DNA of 63,980 bases, the filler included, from Octopus bimaculoides (taxonomy: Eukaryota): assembly GCF_001194135.2 (NCBI RefSeq). It is 4 parts of 4 records of this genome, joined end to end, with 100 filler letters (N's around TTAATTAATTAA, not from the genome) between each part and the next. Parts side by side here need not be neighbours in the genome. Positions count along the whole stretch, not along the records: positions 1 to 28,730 come from NC_068981.1; 3 more parts are not named here. One strand, given 5' to 3'. Of the stretch, positions 1 through 13,129 are shown in pieces (position 1 is the stretch's first letter; the number at the start of each line of letters is the position of its first letter). Under the pieces are notes generated by a model, which was given only the letters and a program-made list of their open reading frames with translations, was not told the DNA's origin and ran no database searches. Position numbers and translations under genes: made by a program.

Positions 1-29
1 ATAAAAGAAATTTTATTTAACAAACTGTG

Positions 30-282
30 ACACTAAGGACCGAGGTTACCGTGGTCTTTTCGTAGGTTTTTCTTTCCACGGATAACCTCCCCATTTATTG
101 GGAATTTTCTGTATTATTTCGTATTTTTTGTAAATACCCCAAACGTTTTGGGATGTTTTTTTTCATCGTTGTTCCCACTTTTGTTTTTTTTCTGCTTTGT
201 TTTCGCCCTCCTCGAAAAGAAAAAACTCTACATTTGTATTTTGTCCCCTCTGTGTTGAGCCCTGTGTGGCTAATAAAGAAAC
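30..282 (+). mobile_element. Probable 3' UTR/terminus of a non-LTR retrotransposon
   Basis: Hairpin-forming GGTTACCGTGG...CCACGGATAACC, T-rich UTR-like tract, AATAAA at ~271 followed directly by a (CTAT)n tail; no ORF seen, clade not assignable. Confidence 0.4.

Positions 283-354
<72 letters not shown>
283..354. repeat. (CTAT)n microsatellite
   Basis: Direct reading. Confidence 0.95.
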
Positions 355-1169
355 ATATGACATATGCAGTTAGAGTTAACTGCATACTTTTCTCATACGT
401 TAGTTAAATATTTACGCAGAAAACATTTGCAGTAACCAGATTTCAAGGGGATTCTAACATTTATATATATCAAGCAAATTCATCAATGGCTGCAGTCATC
501 CTCTTTATGTTATATTGTACCATTGGTATGTGACAAAATTAGGTGAGATACCGAAATTGTTTTCTATCACTAAAATGCTATTACTTTCCCCAAATAAAGG
601 GAGCCGAATCTACGTAAGGTATTGATGTCAGCATTTGTTCCCATGCGAACACGTTCTGTTCCATCTATTACTCTGTTTGCCTCACTGTATCATTCTGTAG
701 TTCATACTTGCATCTTTGTAGACGGGTTTGTTGACGGTGAAGTATTTTAGTTCTAGACAGAAGTTCACAAGGTAAACTATATAAACCAGCGTTTCTTCAT
801 AATTTTTGTTCCTCAACTAACATTTTGAAATGTTCACCAAAATATAAGGATACCCAGGAGAAAGAAAGATTGAGAAGTTCAATTATATCGGTAAAAATAT
901 ATCATTTTAAAAGGCTTGACGTAAGATTTGATGCAATGAGTGTATGTACACACATGCGCAGACACACTCACACACACATACACAAACAACACACACACAC
1001 ACACATATTTATAAACATCTGTACCATTAGGTCTAGTAATAAACCTTCTAGCAAGAAATATTTCTCACAAGATTCGGTACAAAATACATTTTGAAGTCAA
1101 AGAACAAATTCTTTTTGATAGAGCTTTTTCAGAGTGTTTGAAACACTTTAAGTTACTACACTGCACTTA

Positions 1170-1650
1170 GCATGTAAAACATATCCGCTTTGATATCTCT
1201 ATATCGCGGAACATACTTTAAAATTAATAGAGGAACGTTCTCTCTTGATTTTTCGTCAGAAGTAAACCAAGAGAAGCAATATTTTATCACAATTTTATTC
1301 TTCTTTATAGTAGCATATTTTGCCGAACACGATTTAACTTTCTGTTGTTTTCTGATATGAAACAGTTTTGATAGGAATCTTTTTGTCTGTATTTGAGAAA
1401 GTATATCGATAAACCTTGTATACTGTAAAGTATTTCTTCATCAGTTTACTTTACATATGCTAAGAAAATAGCTATCACATTTAGAGTCGTCTCGTCAGAC
1501 ATGAAAAAATCTTGCTGCGAATTTGGTCGATATTTAAGAAGTGTAACTGAAAGAAGTAATTTTGGTGTTGCATTTTATTTCACACACGGAACTTTATTGA
1601 ATATGCTGGAAGGTCTACTCCTTAATGGAGTTAGACAAGGTCGTGTTTTA
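1170..1650 (+). pseudogene. Highly decayed LINE reverse transcriptase remnant (RTE/CR1-like)
   Basis: Frame-broken segments in the expected order resembling GFR..R.TREAIF (~1245-1285), F.D..K.FD (~1340-1375) and GVRQG(R)VL (1627-1650). Confidence 0.4.
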
Positions 1651-2012
1651 TTTATATAGTCTTTGCATTCAGACATCTAATATTAAATTTTAAATGGCTT
1701 CGTATTTCTTCCGATCCGCCCATCAGAAATTTTACTGTAAACAAAACAATCACCAAACTAAACAAAAATGTAGATATATATTACTGAGCCAATAAATGAC
1801 AGAAACAATAATAATCCAACATAAAAACACAGCATATTCAAACAACAACAACGACTACAAAAACAACAACAGCAAAAACAACAACAACAACAAAAACAAC
1901 ATTGGTATGAATGCACATAGTGTCTCCAGCGTAAATATATATAAGCAAAAGATATATAGAAACAATGCATTTCTAAATCTCTCAGAGAGATTTATGCAGT
2001 AATAACACGATG

Positions 2013-2232
2013 AAGTAGTTGTATGCTGTCAACTTAATGTGACAGTCCCCTGAAGGGAATAATACTACTGTTAGTTAGACCTAGGAAGCTGCACTGCTTC
2101 CTGTCGGAAACATAAAGACACAGGAAATGTGTCAAGGCCGACAGGAAGCGATGCAGCTTCCTAGGTCTAACCAACAGTAGTATTATTCTCTTCAGGGGAC
2201 TGTCACATTAAGTTGACAGCATACAGCTACTT
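2013..2232. mobile_element. Foldback/MITE-like palindrome, ~95 bp arms and 30 nt spacer
   Basis: 2013-2107 is the reverse complement of 2138-2232 with about 5 mismatches; the spacer holds a small GACACA/TGTGTC hairpin. Confidence 0.75.
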
Positions 2233-4508
2233 TTAAAGATATATAGTTCACAGTTGTTCTATCTTAAAAAAAGAACGTGACTTTCATATGGACTGTTTTA
2301 CCAAAAGAATGAAAGTCTGGACATTTATCTTGTACACAGGATAGGGACCAGTCAATTACAGAACGTTTCGATAGGAGGTAAAATGCAACCTGTTTTTGCT
2401 TAATCTGAAACACGGGAGACTGTTTTGTTTCAGCTAAACAACGGTTGCAAATTGCTGCTACCTTTCAGTTCTACGACAGTCATTGACAAACGAACGGTGG
2501 TGGCTTTGCGTACATTCTAGATCTGTTAGAAAGATAATAAATCAACTTTCTCTGATATTATACCATACTGACAACATACTCTATTGTAAAGTCTAAATAC
2601 CCCAAACTAACTATATACTCCGAAGTAGTGTTTTTAACGATACATTTTCTAATGGTTGCTGATTAGGGTCTACACAACAAAAACAACAGTAGCTTCAACG
2701 TTAAGCATTCCATTTGGCCTTTCACTCAACCGATGTTTGCTTCAATATTTACTAATAAGTAGCGCAGGCTTTATTTGAATAACTGGATGTAAGCGTTGTT
2801 TCATCTCACATAAAACAATCTCGGTGATGGTTACAGAAACACAGTTATGGAATGTGTAGGTATGAAGCTCACTTGGCAAAAATGAAGTTTCGGTTTCTGC
2901 ATAGAACGTGGCACCTTAGGCAAGTGTCTTTTATCAATGCCTCGCGTCATCTGAAACTATTTCAGTAATATTTGGCTCAGGAGGAAACTGTGTGGAAGTA
3001 TTTGGAAAGGAATTTTCCTCTCCTTTAGTGGGCAATTTTATCCATCTTTCCGTTTCGCACTACCACACTGTCTCATAAGTACCTTCAGCAGAGCCCATTC
3101 TGTTGCAGGCATTCAGACTCGATCTTCGACCTGAGGATAATTTTTACCCTTCCTTTCAACAGTCCCGAATGACCCCTAAAAGGCGTCATTGGTGTTATGA
3201 TTAAATCATGAAAATATGTCAATTTGTATGAAATGACTACAGATATTTCAGTGGAAGAGGCTTAAAATGTTATCTATTTTTTCCACAATGAGATTTATAT
3301 TAGAATTGTCTAGTCTTGTTCTCCACGAACCACTCTACGATACAACCCGGGTAATTCACTGGGTGTAGAGATGTCAAAGCTGTTTCTAAAAGCGACAGTG
3401 CACAAGAGGTCTCAATTATGGCCCAGCGCCTCATGAGATCTCGAACTTTATTAGAAGAGATGAGAAATCAATTAAAGACATATTTAACATAGTTGTTTTA
3501 TATTTACTGATACAGTTTGGTTACAGCTGAAACACCTTTGATCACAAATGGGTCTAATGGGATCTAACCCAGAGGTAAACCTCATCGAAATGATTTCCAT
3601 TTCAATAACGATTCAACTTATGAGAAGTCAGATGAGCTGCTGAAAAAAGCAGCCATATCTCCACTCGAATCTCGATTATGGTCCTAAGAGAAAAGAAGCA
3701 ACATTGAATAACGTAGTCTAGACTGGCTGGTCATGGATGGGATACTTTCAATTATAGAGTTGGTCGATCAGGATTGACCTGGACAACTTATTTGCATATA
3801 GAGAGGGGATCGAGCCAGTTAGTTGCCTTTGCCATAAATACATGGCAGCACCAGGAAATGATAACCAACCATTGACTTTTCAACACCTCCACTGGCAGCA
3901 ACTAATATTCTATAGTCGCCATTAGCTGCTTGTGTCTGATGGCTGAAATACCAAAACAAACTAACTCATTAAAGTAGTCAAACGATGTGTAAACTAATAT
4001 TGATATTTCAATAACATTTTCCCTTAAAATATCGATAATTCTTTCCAGAAATAACTTGCATTTATATTGATATTGAACTTAGAAGTGACCCTGCCCTGAT
4101 TCTACGCCAGTTTTCTGGAAAGATACGGGTCAAAATGATGTTAGAAAATAAGAAAATAAACAGCCATTTTTCTTCTATAAATAATATCCTGTGAGAATTG
4201 AAATTACGAATATTTACTTTATAAATTTCTTTTTGAAATCACTATTTTCAGCTCTGATTATTAATACAACCAGGAATCGCAATCATACTAATTTCCCGGT
4301 TGAAAATCTCTAAGATTGTGAAAAAGCCAACCTAGAACATTCCGAGGAATCGATTTCAGGAAAAACGTCATTGAACAGAAAAATAAATCAGAAATATAAG
4401 TTACAGGAAATAAAAATAAAATGTCTAAGAAATTAAGTGACAGGAAGCTTCAATAAATAAGTGTTTTAAGTTTTTATGTTCCATTGTTTTATATTGTTCC
4501 GTTTGTAG

Positions 4509-4845
4509 ATGCTGCCGGCAAAACCTCAGGTTTTCTCGAACCCTGCTCAACCGGTTACCTCCGCAAAATCGGGATAACGGTGACCCATCCGAGAAACGAG
4601 CTCTGCGAGGTGGAATAGCAGTGGTCACTAGTGTCGCTGGCCATTCTCCGCAACAACGGCATCGCGCTTAGGACCGCGGAGTGCGGCTGAAAACACCATT
4701 TGTTCAGGTGTGTGTGACCTGCTCCTCTCTCTCCCCACTTTTTCTATGTTTAAAACCCATCCTTTTTTTCCCTTTTTCTGTTATTTGTTTCCTTGTAATT
4801 AAATTGTGATTAGTAATTGAATAAAACGTACGTGATCATTTTTTT
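4509..4845 (+). CDS. Candidate 3'-terminal exon of an unidentified host gene
   Basis: Pyrimidine tract plus TTTGTAG acceptor ending 4508; abrupt GC/CpG-rich block; open frames DAAGKTSGFLEPCSTGYLRKIGITVTHPRNELCEVE* (stop 4616-4618) or CCRQNLRFSRTLL...QRHRA*; AATAAA at 4820-4825. No family recognised. Confidence 0.3.
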
Positions 4846-6061
4846 TGTCATATTTCCGAATTTAAATAATGACAGAATAAAATTAAATAAACTGTGTTGT
4901 GATGCTGCACAAGTGATGTATTGTCATTTAATAAGCGGCTAAAATATTATTTGTTTAATTATTTTGACTATTAATTACGGTATATTTTATCCTGTGGGAC
5001 ATTTCGGTTTTCCTATCACAACTTTTCATACCCAAAATAACTTTAATTTTTTATGTTTTTTCCTGATTTGCTCTCTTTCATCGTTAAATTGTATTATCTC
5101 TTTTGATCAATATTTTTTCTTCACTAATGATGGAAAATATTTAACTTTTCAGTTTATAAAAAGAAAAAAAAAAAGAAAAAAACTCACGCTGCCAATCAAT
5201 AGCACCATAGGAACACTGTTTCTCTCTGTACTTCATTGCAGAAAATCTTTCACTAATTGCTTTCGTCTTTAGCATTTTCCTCTTTTGATCTACCTCATTT
5301 TTCGCGCCATTTGTCACTTTTAGAAGTTAAACTTGCTATTTTCCTTTTAATCTTCCTCAAAATAGCAGCTTTAAAGAAAAATAGAAGACATTTAAGTTGA
5401 CTTTATTGGGATTTGTGTATCATAATCAAAACGAATTCGTGGTACTTGTTCTGGAAACTTCTTTAAATGTGAAACGAATAGCTATTTAAATTTTCACAAG
5501 CTTTGCACCTGATATTAAACGATGTAATTAATAGAGCCTTTCTTTAAGTTATCAAGAAGAGAAAGATATAAATTTGGGATTAATTTGCGAATAAATATTT
5601 ATGTGAGTGCGTGTTTGCGTGCGTATGTATATGTGTGCGAACTTTCTGAGTATATGTGTGCATATGTTCTATGTGTATGTGTGCGTATGTTTCGTTTGTA
5701 AACTCACTTTTTTCTATCTCCCGCCCTCCCTGTCTTCCAAATTTCTTTCGTTTTCTTGTTGTATTGTTACAAAACTACCGACAAAAACATTATGAGCACA
5801 CAAACACGCGCGCGCGCACTTTCTCATTCACTCTCTCACTCTCTTTCCCACACGCTCACAATTCTGTCTGTCTGTTTGTCTCTCTCTCTCTGAATCATTA
5901 AAGAAATGCATTTGTCAAACATTTTCATGTGTTTTCTTACATATAGATACGGTTTTATGTGTTTGTGTGTCCGTGCATGTATTTTTGCCTATCTATAAGG
6001 GAAATCAGCCCTTATGAGCCAAGCATGGTTCGAGAAGACACAAACAACAACAACAACAAGC

Positions 6062-7031
6062 AAATGCTACAATAGGCGTCTGAGGAAATATGAACTTGAA
6101 ACGAGCATATATTTCTGCAACATGCTCGTGACTTTCATGTAACACTTTTGAAATGCCAGTGAAATTTCGGTGCCAGTTAATCACTAAAGGAATTCTGTCA
6201 CATATTGTACTTTGCTAGAATTACGCCTGATCGGTTGACTTTCCTTGCTAATCTTAGCTAAGTCATTTGCAGTTTCCTTTAATCGTGATTCACTGTAACT
6301 GCATTTGACATAATGATGTACAAAATAATTTGCATGTTTCCTGTAATCCCTTATATCAGTACAAATTCGTTTTATCCTCAAAAATTGGGATTTCGGATTT
6401 GACCGAAATATATAGTGTGGTTGACCGGAGCGGCGGTGGAAGTAAATGTGGGATGACGTGAGCTTGCAGACTAAATCTGTCGCTAGCTTGCCTCCAGATA
6501 ACTTGTGTCCAAATATTCAACTCTAGTTTTTGAAAAAACTAGACTCCAGCAGAAGATAATGGCGAACTTCTGCTGACTCTTTCACCACAACTTTCACTCA
6601 CTCTTTCCTCCTGCATCTAGTAGTTCACTTGCGACGGACGTAAATTTTATGTTGGACTTACAGCCATAGTTTTTAAAGTAACAGTCACAGAAATGCAAGA
6701 ACTCAATTAACCTATCCTGTGATCTTTCCCAGTCAAAAAAAAAAAAAAGGCGTCATCAATGAACAGAGTACTGGTTCATGACTATGTAGGGATTTGTATG
6801 TCTCCAGTAACTGTGCCTCGAATTTTGTCATAAAGATATTAGTACAATCCCTCGTCTGGTGGTAAAAGTTTTGTCTAAACTTCATTGTGTAACTTTGTAA
6901 CACAAAACCTAAAGAGCCTACAGAGAAAATTAGATGGAATTTGTTTGACTGTTTTTCGAAGAAATTTATGCATTCTTCTACCCCTTCATTATGGTCAATA
7001 TTGGGATATAAGGAAGAAACATCCATGGTTA
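6062..7031 (-). mobile_element. Penelope-like element RT core/thumb/linker, decayed
   Basis: VTMDVSSLYPNIDHNEG, NIFMTKFE, FIDD (frameshifted), GKLATDL..K.TSSHIY, SQFLRIKRICT, RIPLVINY, TPIVAF; interrupted by a ~120 bp SINE piece at 6520-6640. Confidence 0.88.
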
Positions 7032-7059
7032 CCCCCCCCCCCCCCAAAAAAAATGTTTT

Positions 7060-7345
7060 CGACATTATGGAGAGGAACTTGACAAAATGATAGTGAAAAT
7101 GGAGGAAAACAATTTCATTAATAACCTAAAATTCAGGATTTAACGGTCAGAAAGAAAACCTGTATTTTATGATCTCCCTAAAATACACAAAAAGTTGGAA
7201 AAATATCCTCCAATGCGCCCAATTTGCAGCGGGTATGAATGTTGTACAACCAAAATTTCGGAGTGGCTGGATGGCTTTCTATTCCCTGTCGTAAAAAGAT
7301 CAAGTTCTTATATTCGAGATACTTTTGATTTTGTTCTCGAATCAA
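7060..7345 (+). mobile_element. Penelope-like RT N-terminal part, inverted relative to 6062-7031
   Basis: PVFYDLPKIHKKLEKYPPMRPICSG...TTKISEWLDGFLFPVVKRSSSYIRDTFDF, the canonical PLE RT motifs that precede the DVxSLY motif. Confidence 0.88.
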
Positions 7346-7390
7346 CAATTTTTAGCACCGAAGTCATGTCGAAAACTGTTTGTGAACATA

Positions 7391-7715
7391 ACTGATTGAA
7401 AGTGTTATCATGTACATATTTTGCCTTCGTACAAAAGATGGTTTACAGCAAGTATTCTGCTCAATACCACAAATTTGCTTGTCAGTTTCTTTGTTTTTTT
7501 TTACCTTAGCCAGTTGAGCATATCCGTTGGTGAGTGACGATATGTGCATCTATGACCACGAGTAGTGGGGTAAGTATCATAGCCATGTGTGAGAGGAATT
7601 CTTTGGGGTTTTAGTAATTCACATCTGGAAACATGGCTGTTTCGTTAAACATTCTTAGCCTTTATTTAAGGTCCTTTTGAGTGGGGTGGGCTACTTGACC
7701 TGAAGAAAATTCTAC
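7391..7715 (+). mobile_element. Internal fragment of the (TAA)n-flanked ~600 bp non-coding interspersed repeat (same family as 49117-50648)
   Basis: Clear reverse-complement similarity to 50280-50605 (e.g. AAGTGTTATCATGTACAT, CATAGCCATGTGT, GACCTGAAGAAAATTCTA). Confidence 0.8.
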
Positions 7716-7925
7716 TTGAAATACTGGTACAACAGAAACTGGAAGAAAGAGAGAAAGTTGTGGTGAAAAAGTAAAGCAGGGTTCGGCACCACCCCCTACC
7801 GGAGTCACGTAGAACTTTAAATATTTTAGCTCAATAAACACTCACAACGCCTGGCCTGAGAATCGAAAGCGCGATCCTACGACCGCGAGTCCGCTGCCCT
7901 AACCACTGGGTCATTGCGCCTCCAC
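7716..7925 (-). mobile_element. tRNA-head SINE (family C), 5' part
   Basis: Reverse complement GGAGGCGCAATGACCCAGTGGTTAGGGCAGCGGACTCGCGG with A/B-box-like head; matches 8807-9000. Confidence 0.85.
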
Positions 7926-8806
7926 AGACAGATAGACAGACATATATTGATTCTTTACGTGGATGAGGAGGTTTGTGATTAATTTATTCGCTAAGCAATT
8001 CTATTTTTGTAAGCCAACCAGTGTATTATCGTCTTTAATGACTTAATATTTCTCGCATCATTTCATCGGCAATTACCGTGAAGTTTAATAACATCAAAAC
8101 ATGTCTGAATTGTTTCCCTTGCAGAAATAATTAAAATATTCTTTTACTCTCACTGCTTATGTATTTCTAGTTAGATTTTTGCTTTTCTTTTAAACTCTCG
8201 TTGCGTACAATATCTTCAAACATCTTTTGTTTTTAATCTCAATGGCGTCTGTGTAATTCATATTCTGAACAATAATATAATCGTAATCCACTCAGTGTAT
8301 ATTTTATAAATGAATTTACCGGATCTTCTTTCACCGCTTTGGTAACTACTGTAAAGTTTCTATTTCACTAATGAGTCCATAGAAATATAAAAACTGCCGA
8401 GTTTTATCTCGTAGTTAGAGAAACGATACAAATAATATTATTTCATCATTAATATTATTTTTACTCAGCACATAAATATTTCGTCTTATATTTTGATACA
8501 TCTCATATTAGGTGTATTATCTCAGTTCTATTTTGTTTTTATGCGTATATACTCTCTGAATAATTTATTCATTAAATAGTAAATATGTATATTTTCGACA
8601 ACAAACAGTATACACTATACTTTTTTCACTATACATTATAATTCGTTTTCCCACGCCAACGAATATCACTTATTCTACTATCACTATGGTAAGTTCGAGG
8701 AAGTTTACACTATACTCATAGGATCACGACTAAAAGTTCCGAGACAAGATTAAAACTCGAGATTTTCTATCCAAGGGGTTTTAACCTACTTACCCTATTA
8801 TATATA

Positions 8807-9173
8807 GTGGATGCTCAATGGCCCAGGGCAGTGGACTCGCGGTTGTAGCATCGCGGTTTCAATTCCTAGACCTGGCGTTCGGAGTGTTTATTGAGCGAAA
8901 ACACCTAAAGCTCTATGAGGTTCCGGGAGGGGGTGATAGCGAGCCTTGCTGTACTCTTTCATCACAACTTTCTCTCACTCTTTCTTCCTGTTTCTCTTGT
9001 ACCTGTATTTCAAAGCGCCGGCCTCGCCACACTCTGAATTACCCACCTGAGAACTACGATAAGGGTACACGTGTCTGTGGAGTGCTCAGCCACTTGCACG
9101 TTAATTTCACGAGAAGGCTGTTCTGTTGATCGGATCAACTGGAACCCTCGTCGTCGCAACCGACGGAGTGCCA
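8807..9173 (+). mobile_element. tRNA-head SINE (family C), near full length
   Basis: tRNA-like head, CT-rich middle, AAGGGTACACGTGTCTGTGGAGTGCTCAGCCAC body; homologous to 7716-7925 and 6570-6620. Confidence 0.85.
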
Positions 9174-10435
9174 CCAATTATATATAGCTTTATCTATTTC
9201 GAGTTTTGCTGCTAAAAGCTATTTATTTCATATCTCTCGAAGATTCTAAACTCTTACCATGTAAACATCTGCATTATTCTCCGAACTGGGGAAATAACTT
9301 AAGAAATATCGTTTGTAATTATTTTAGTATGAATAAATAATTTTATCATTAACTTATACTGTAGTAGGTTAACTGGTGTCATTTCTCGCTTCTTCGTGAC
9401 TGATAGAGAAACTATCCTTAAACTGTGTTAACCAGAGTGGCCTCTGCAAAGCAGCGCCATCTGGCATCCGATTGCTCGGTGGCGCCTTCAAAGTCAGATT
9501 AAATCTACATCCTCTTAAGAACAGGGCACTGTGTATAGCTTTCATGCGACTCCAACTAATATTTCTCATCCTAAAGTCATTGATTGTCTTGAAGCTATGG
9601 TAGGAGACATTTGCTCGAGTTTCTGCAAAGATTTTGACCTCGATGCAAGTGTTTATGAGGCAAACATCTAAACCACACTGCTATGCATGTCCCGATAGCC
9701 ATATTTTCTACTTAACATTTAATTACCTTCAAACTGAATATGTTAATGGTAAACTTCAAGAAAAACTCAACTTCGTTCTAAGTCCGTTTACGGTTTAACA
9801 GAAATCAGACTTGATATTGACTAGACACTAATCAGTTGATATCGTTATTTATTACTTTCTTCAAGTTTCCTGCTAACTTCACGATTCATTTTTTCTAAAC
9901 TTCAGTAAATATTTAACAGAATGTCAAAATGTATTAGTCTTCATTTTATATCATGTGTTGTTTTCATATAGTCAGCTTCGTGAACATTAACGCATAACGC
10001 CGTTGGTTATAAATTTCCTATGGAACGCATATTGGTTTACTAGACTTCTTTTGTGAAAAGAGTTGGGGAAGGGGAGAGAATATTTAATACAATTTGAACA
10101 GTATGAGTATAGCATGTGTAACTAAAAAACAACCCCCTAAAAACACACAAAATAAACAAAAGAACAAAAATAAAGCAAAACAAAAATACTCGCCCACATT
10201 TTTCAGGTTGACAAATCATTCAACAGCAAAAGTACTGTGTGCAGCAGTTCAAATCATGATGTAAAGGAAGTAATAACCCCCCGCCCCCCAAAAAACATGA
10301 GCTACTCGCAGATATCGTTACCATCCGCAATACATCACTAATAAGCGTTGACTCATGTGTTCAACGTTTTTTCTGCTGCATGTATATTTACACTGTGTTA
10401 ACACTGTCAAAGTTACAGGAAATAGTAAAAAGCAG

Positions 10436-10552
10436 TCCTCCTGCTCCTCCTGCTTCTGCTCCTGATCCTGCTCCTCCCCCTCCTCCCCCTCCTCCTGCTC
10501 CTCCTGCTCCTCCTGCTCCTCCTCCTCCTCCTCCTCCTCCTGCTCCTCGTCC
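10436..10552. repeat. (CCT)/(CCTGCT) GC-rich low-complexity repeat
   Basis: Direct reading; explains the poly-P, poly-E and poly-G ORFs. Confidence 0.9.
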
Positions 10553-10735
10553 TCGAAGATATTTAACTTTCTGGAGCATTTTATGAATTGTGCTTTCGCT
10601 AAACCCATTTTTTTTTTACATTGTTGTATCTTAACACTACAATCATAAATTCCTCTACTCTCATAAGGCCAGCAACAGTCTTTCTTTTTCGTTACAATCT
10701 GTACTGGCTCAGAATTTACTTCGAAATATTACACT

Positions 10736-11650
10736 TACTAGCTAACGTACCTGGTTATTCCCGGGAAAGCGGGGCTTATCCCTTGGTTCTGTTCTGAATT
10801 GTTTCGCTAATACAATAACAATAATACAAAGTATATAGCCCTTAAAACGGTTTTTGTGCATTTACAGAGAATACCAAACCGTTTTACACAGGTCTTGTTT
10901 TTAGGAATTCTCAGTAAGTTATGAATACCCAAATTGTGAAGCCAGTAATGTAATAACATGAAATTAGTTACCCGATTGTAAGAATTCAAATAAAGTAGGT
11001 CCCAAAAGGGCCTGAATGCCTTCCCAGTGTATATAGAGCATAGGAGGAAATACTAATAAGGTATGTATACTAAAATCGTGAAGCATGTTATGTAATAACA
11101 GGCTAATCAGATATGAGATAATAACAATTCAAAGTAAATAACTCTGAAAAGGGTATTGTGCGTTCCCAGAGAATATTACCCTCAGGGGCGCTAGTGTTGC
11201 TATATTCGTGAATAAGTCACTAACCGAAATAAGTGGATCTATTGTTTAGGAAAATTCTATTTACTTGTTTAAGGGTTGTATAGGATAAATTGCGAAAATA
11301 ACTCTAACAGTTCAAATACTAAGGATTCTCAATTTCATTTCTACCAAATTATTTTGGAAAATGAATGGGTTATTCCCCTTCGCTATATATAAAGATACCT
11401 TTCAGGGGCAAATGGGTTATTTCCCTTGGCTTCTAAAATAAAATTTATTAGATATATATAAGGATCCCTTCCAAGGGCTCTATTATCGATTGTTTTCAAC
11501 AAGCTGAGTATGCCATGAGGGTTCCAGACATGCGTTCTACTCACGTGTCAAGTTTAACCGAAATCACTAAAACGATGCAGGAAGAGTTAGCTAACAACTC
11601 CACAAACATACTCACAGACAGAATTTCACAAACATGCAGTAGATTTAGAA
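10736..11650 (+). mobile_element. Helitron/Helentron-like non-autonomous element (HINE/DINE-1-like)
   Basis: Starts TACTAGCTAACGTACCTGGTTATTCCCGGG; 3' region has CAAGTTT..CCGAAATC..GAGTTA..ACAAACATAC..ACAGACAG typical of such elements; no TIRs or ORF. Confidence 0.45.
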
Positions 11651-12258
11651 GAGATTATGTAGCGTGATGCACTAACGACTTGTATGGTTGGATATTTCTT
11701 ACAACTTTCTGAAATATTATTTGAACGAGGTGTGCACATCGTCCTTTAGTTTCCTAATTATTCATAAAAAATGAACTTAGAGTATATAACCAATAACACA
11801 TGATTATGGATATTATGATTAGGTCTTACAGTTTAACTAGCTTCTCAATATTAAACAAGACACTTCACAGAATATTTAGAAATAAGTTCAGCATGTACAA
11901 GCCTAATTACTATTTCTAAAATGAGAACACATTTAAAAACTGATGCTGACGTTCTAGGTTCAACGTACTTTATAAAGTCACAAGCTTAAATAATTTAAAT
12001 GAAGTTTATATTAGCTTTATATATTGTAATGCTTCATTTTCTTGATGAATTCATCTATAATAATTTCGTTAAAGAAAGGAAAAAAAGACAGGGTCTTTTA
12101 GTTGCTTATGCTGTATTTCTGGTAAATAACTGTAGTTAGTGCCTGGGGGGGGGGTACAATCACATTTTCAATGAGTTTAGAAAATGAAGGAAACGTTAGA
12201 AACATTAGAGGTATTTGTGTAAACACTCTCAGCGAAGAGTAGCTGATAAAATACACGC

Positions 12259-12296
<38 letters not shown>

Positions 12297-13067
12297 NNNN
12301 NNNNNNNNNNNNNNNNNNNNNNNNNNNNNNNNNNNNNNNNNNNNNNNNNNNNNNNNNNNNNNNNNNNNNNNNNNNNNNNNNNNNNNNNNNNNNNNNNNNN
12401 NNNNNNNNNNNNNNNNNNNNNNNNNNNNNNNNNNNNNNNNNNNNNNNNNNNNNNNNNNNNNNNNNNNNNNNNNNNNNNNNNNNNNNNNNNNNNNNNNNNN
12501 NNNNNNNNNNNNNNNNNNNNNNNNNNNNNNNNNNNNNNNNNNNNNNNNNNNNNNNNNNNNNNNNNNNNNNNNNNNNNNNNNNNNNNNNNNNNNNNNNNNN
12601 NNNNNNNNNNNNNNNNNNNNNNNNNNNNNNNNNNNNNNNNNNNNNNNNNNNNNNNNNNNNNNNNNNNNNNNNNNNNNNNNNNNNNNNNNNNNNNNNNNNN
12701 NNNNNNNNNNNNNNNNNNNNNNNNNNNNNNNNNNNNNNNNNNNNNNNNNNNNNNNNNNNNNNNNNNNNNNNNNNNNNNNNNNNNNNNNNNNNNNNNNNNN
12801 NNNNNNNNNNNNNNNNNNNNNNNNNNNNNNNNNNNNNNNNNNNNNNNNNNNNNNNNNNNNNNNNNNNNNNNNNNNNNNNNNNNNNNNNNNNNNNNNNNNN
12901 NNNNNNNNNNNNNNNNNNNNNNNNNNNNNNNNNNNNNNNNNNNNNNNNNNNNNNNNNNNNNNNNNNNNNNNNNNNNNNNNNNNNNNNNNNNNNNNNNNNN
13001 NNNNNNNNNNNNNNNNNNNNNNNNNNNNNNNNNNNNNNNNNNNNNNNNNNNNNNNNNNNNNNNNNNN

Positions 13068-13129
<62 letters not shown>

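Noticed and set aside
2049-2112. CTGAAG(A/G) and GAAA inside the 2 kb palindrome as a hammerhead
   Set aside because: About 20 unpaired nt before any stem II, and no stem I/III register
7695-7725. CTGAAGA...GAAA resembling a hammerhead
   Set aside because: Chance junction of two different repeats; no stem II or stem I
8807-8880. tRNA genes at SINE heads (here and in other copies)
   Set aside because: A/B-box-like heads run into SINE bodies and lack a full cloverleaf with acceptor stem
10318-10608. Poly-E, poly-P and poly-G ORFs (also 36078-36540, 42536-42895, 60485-61167)
   Set aside because: Translations of simple repeats with no domain, splice or codon evidence
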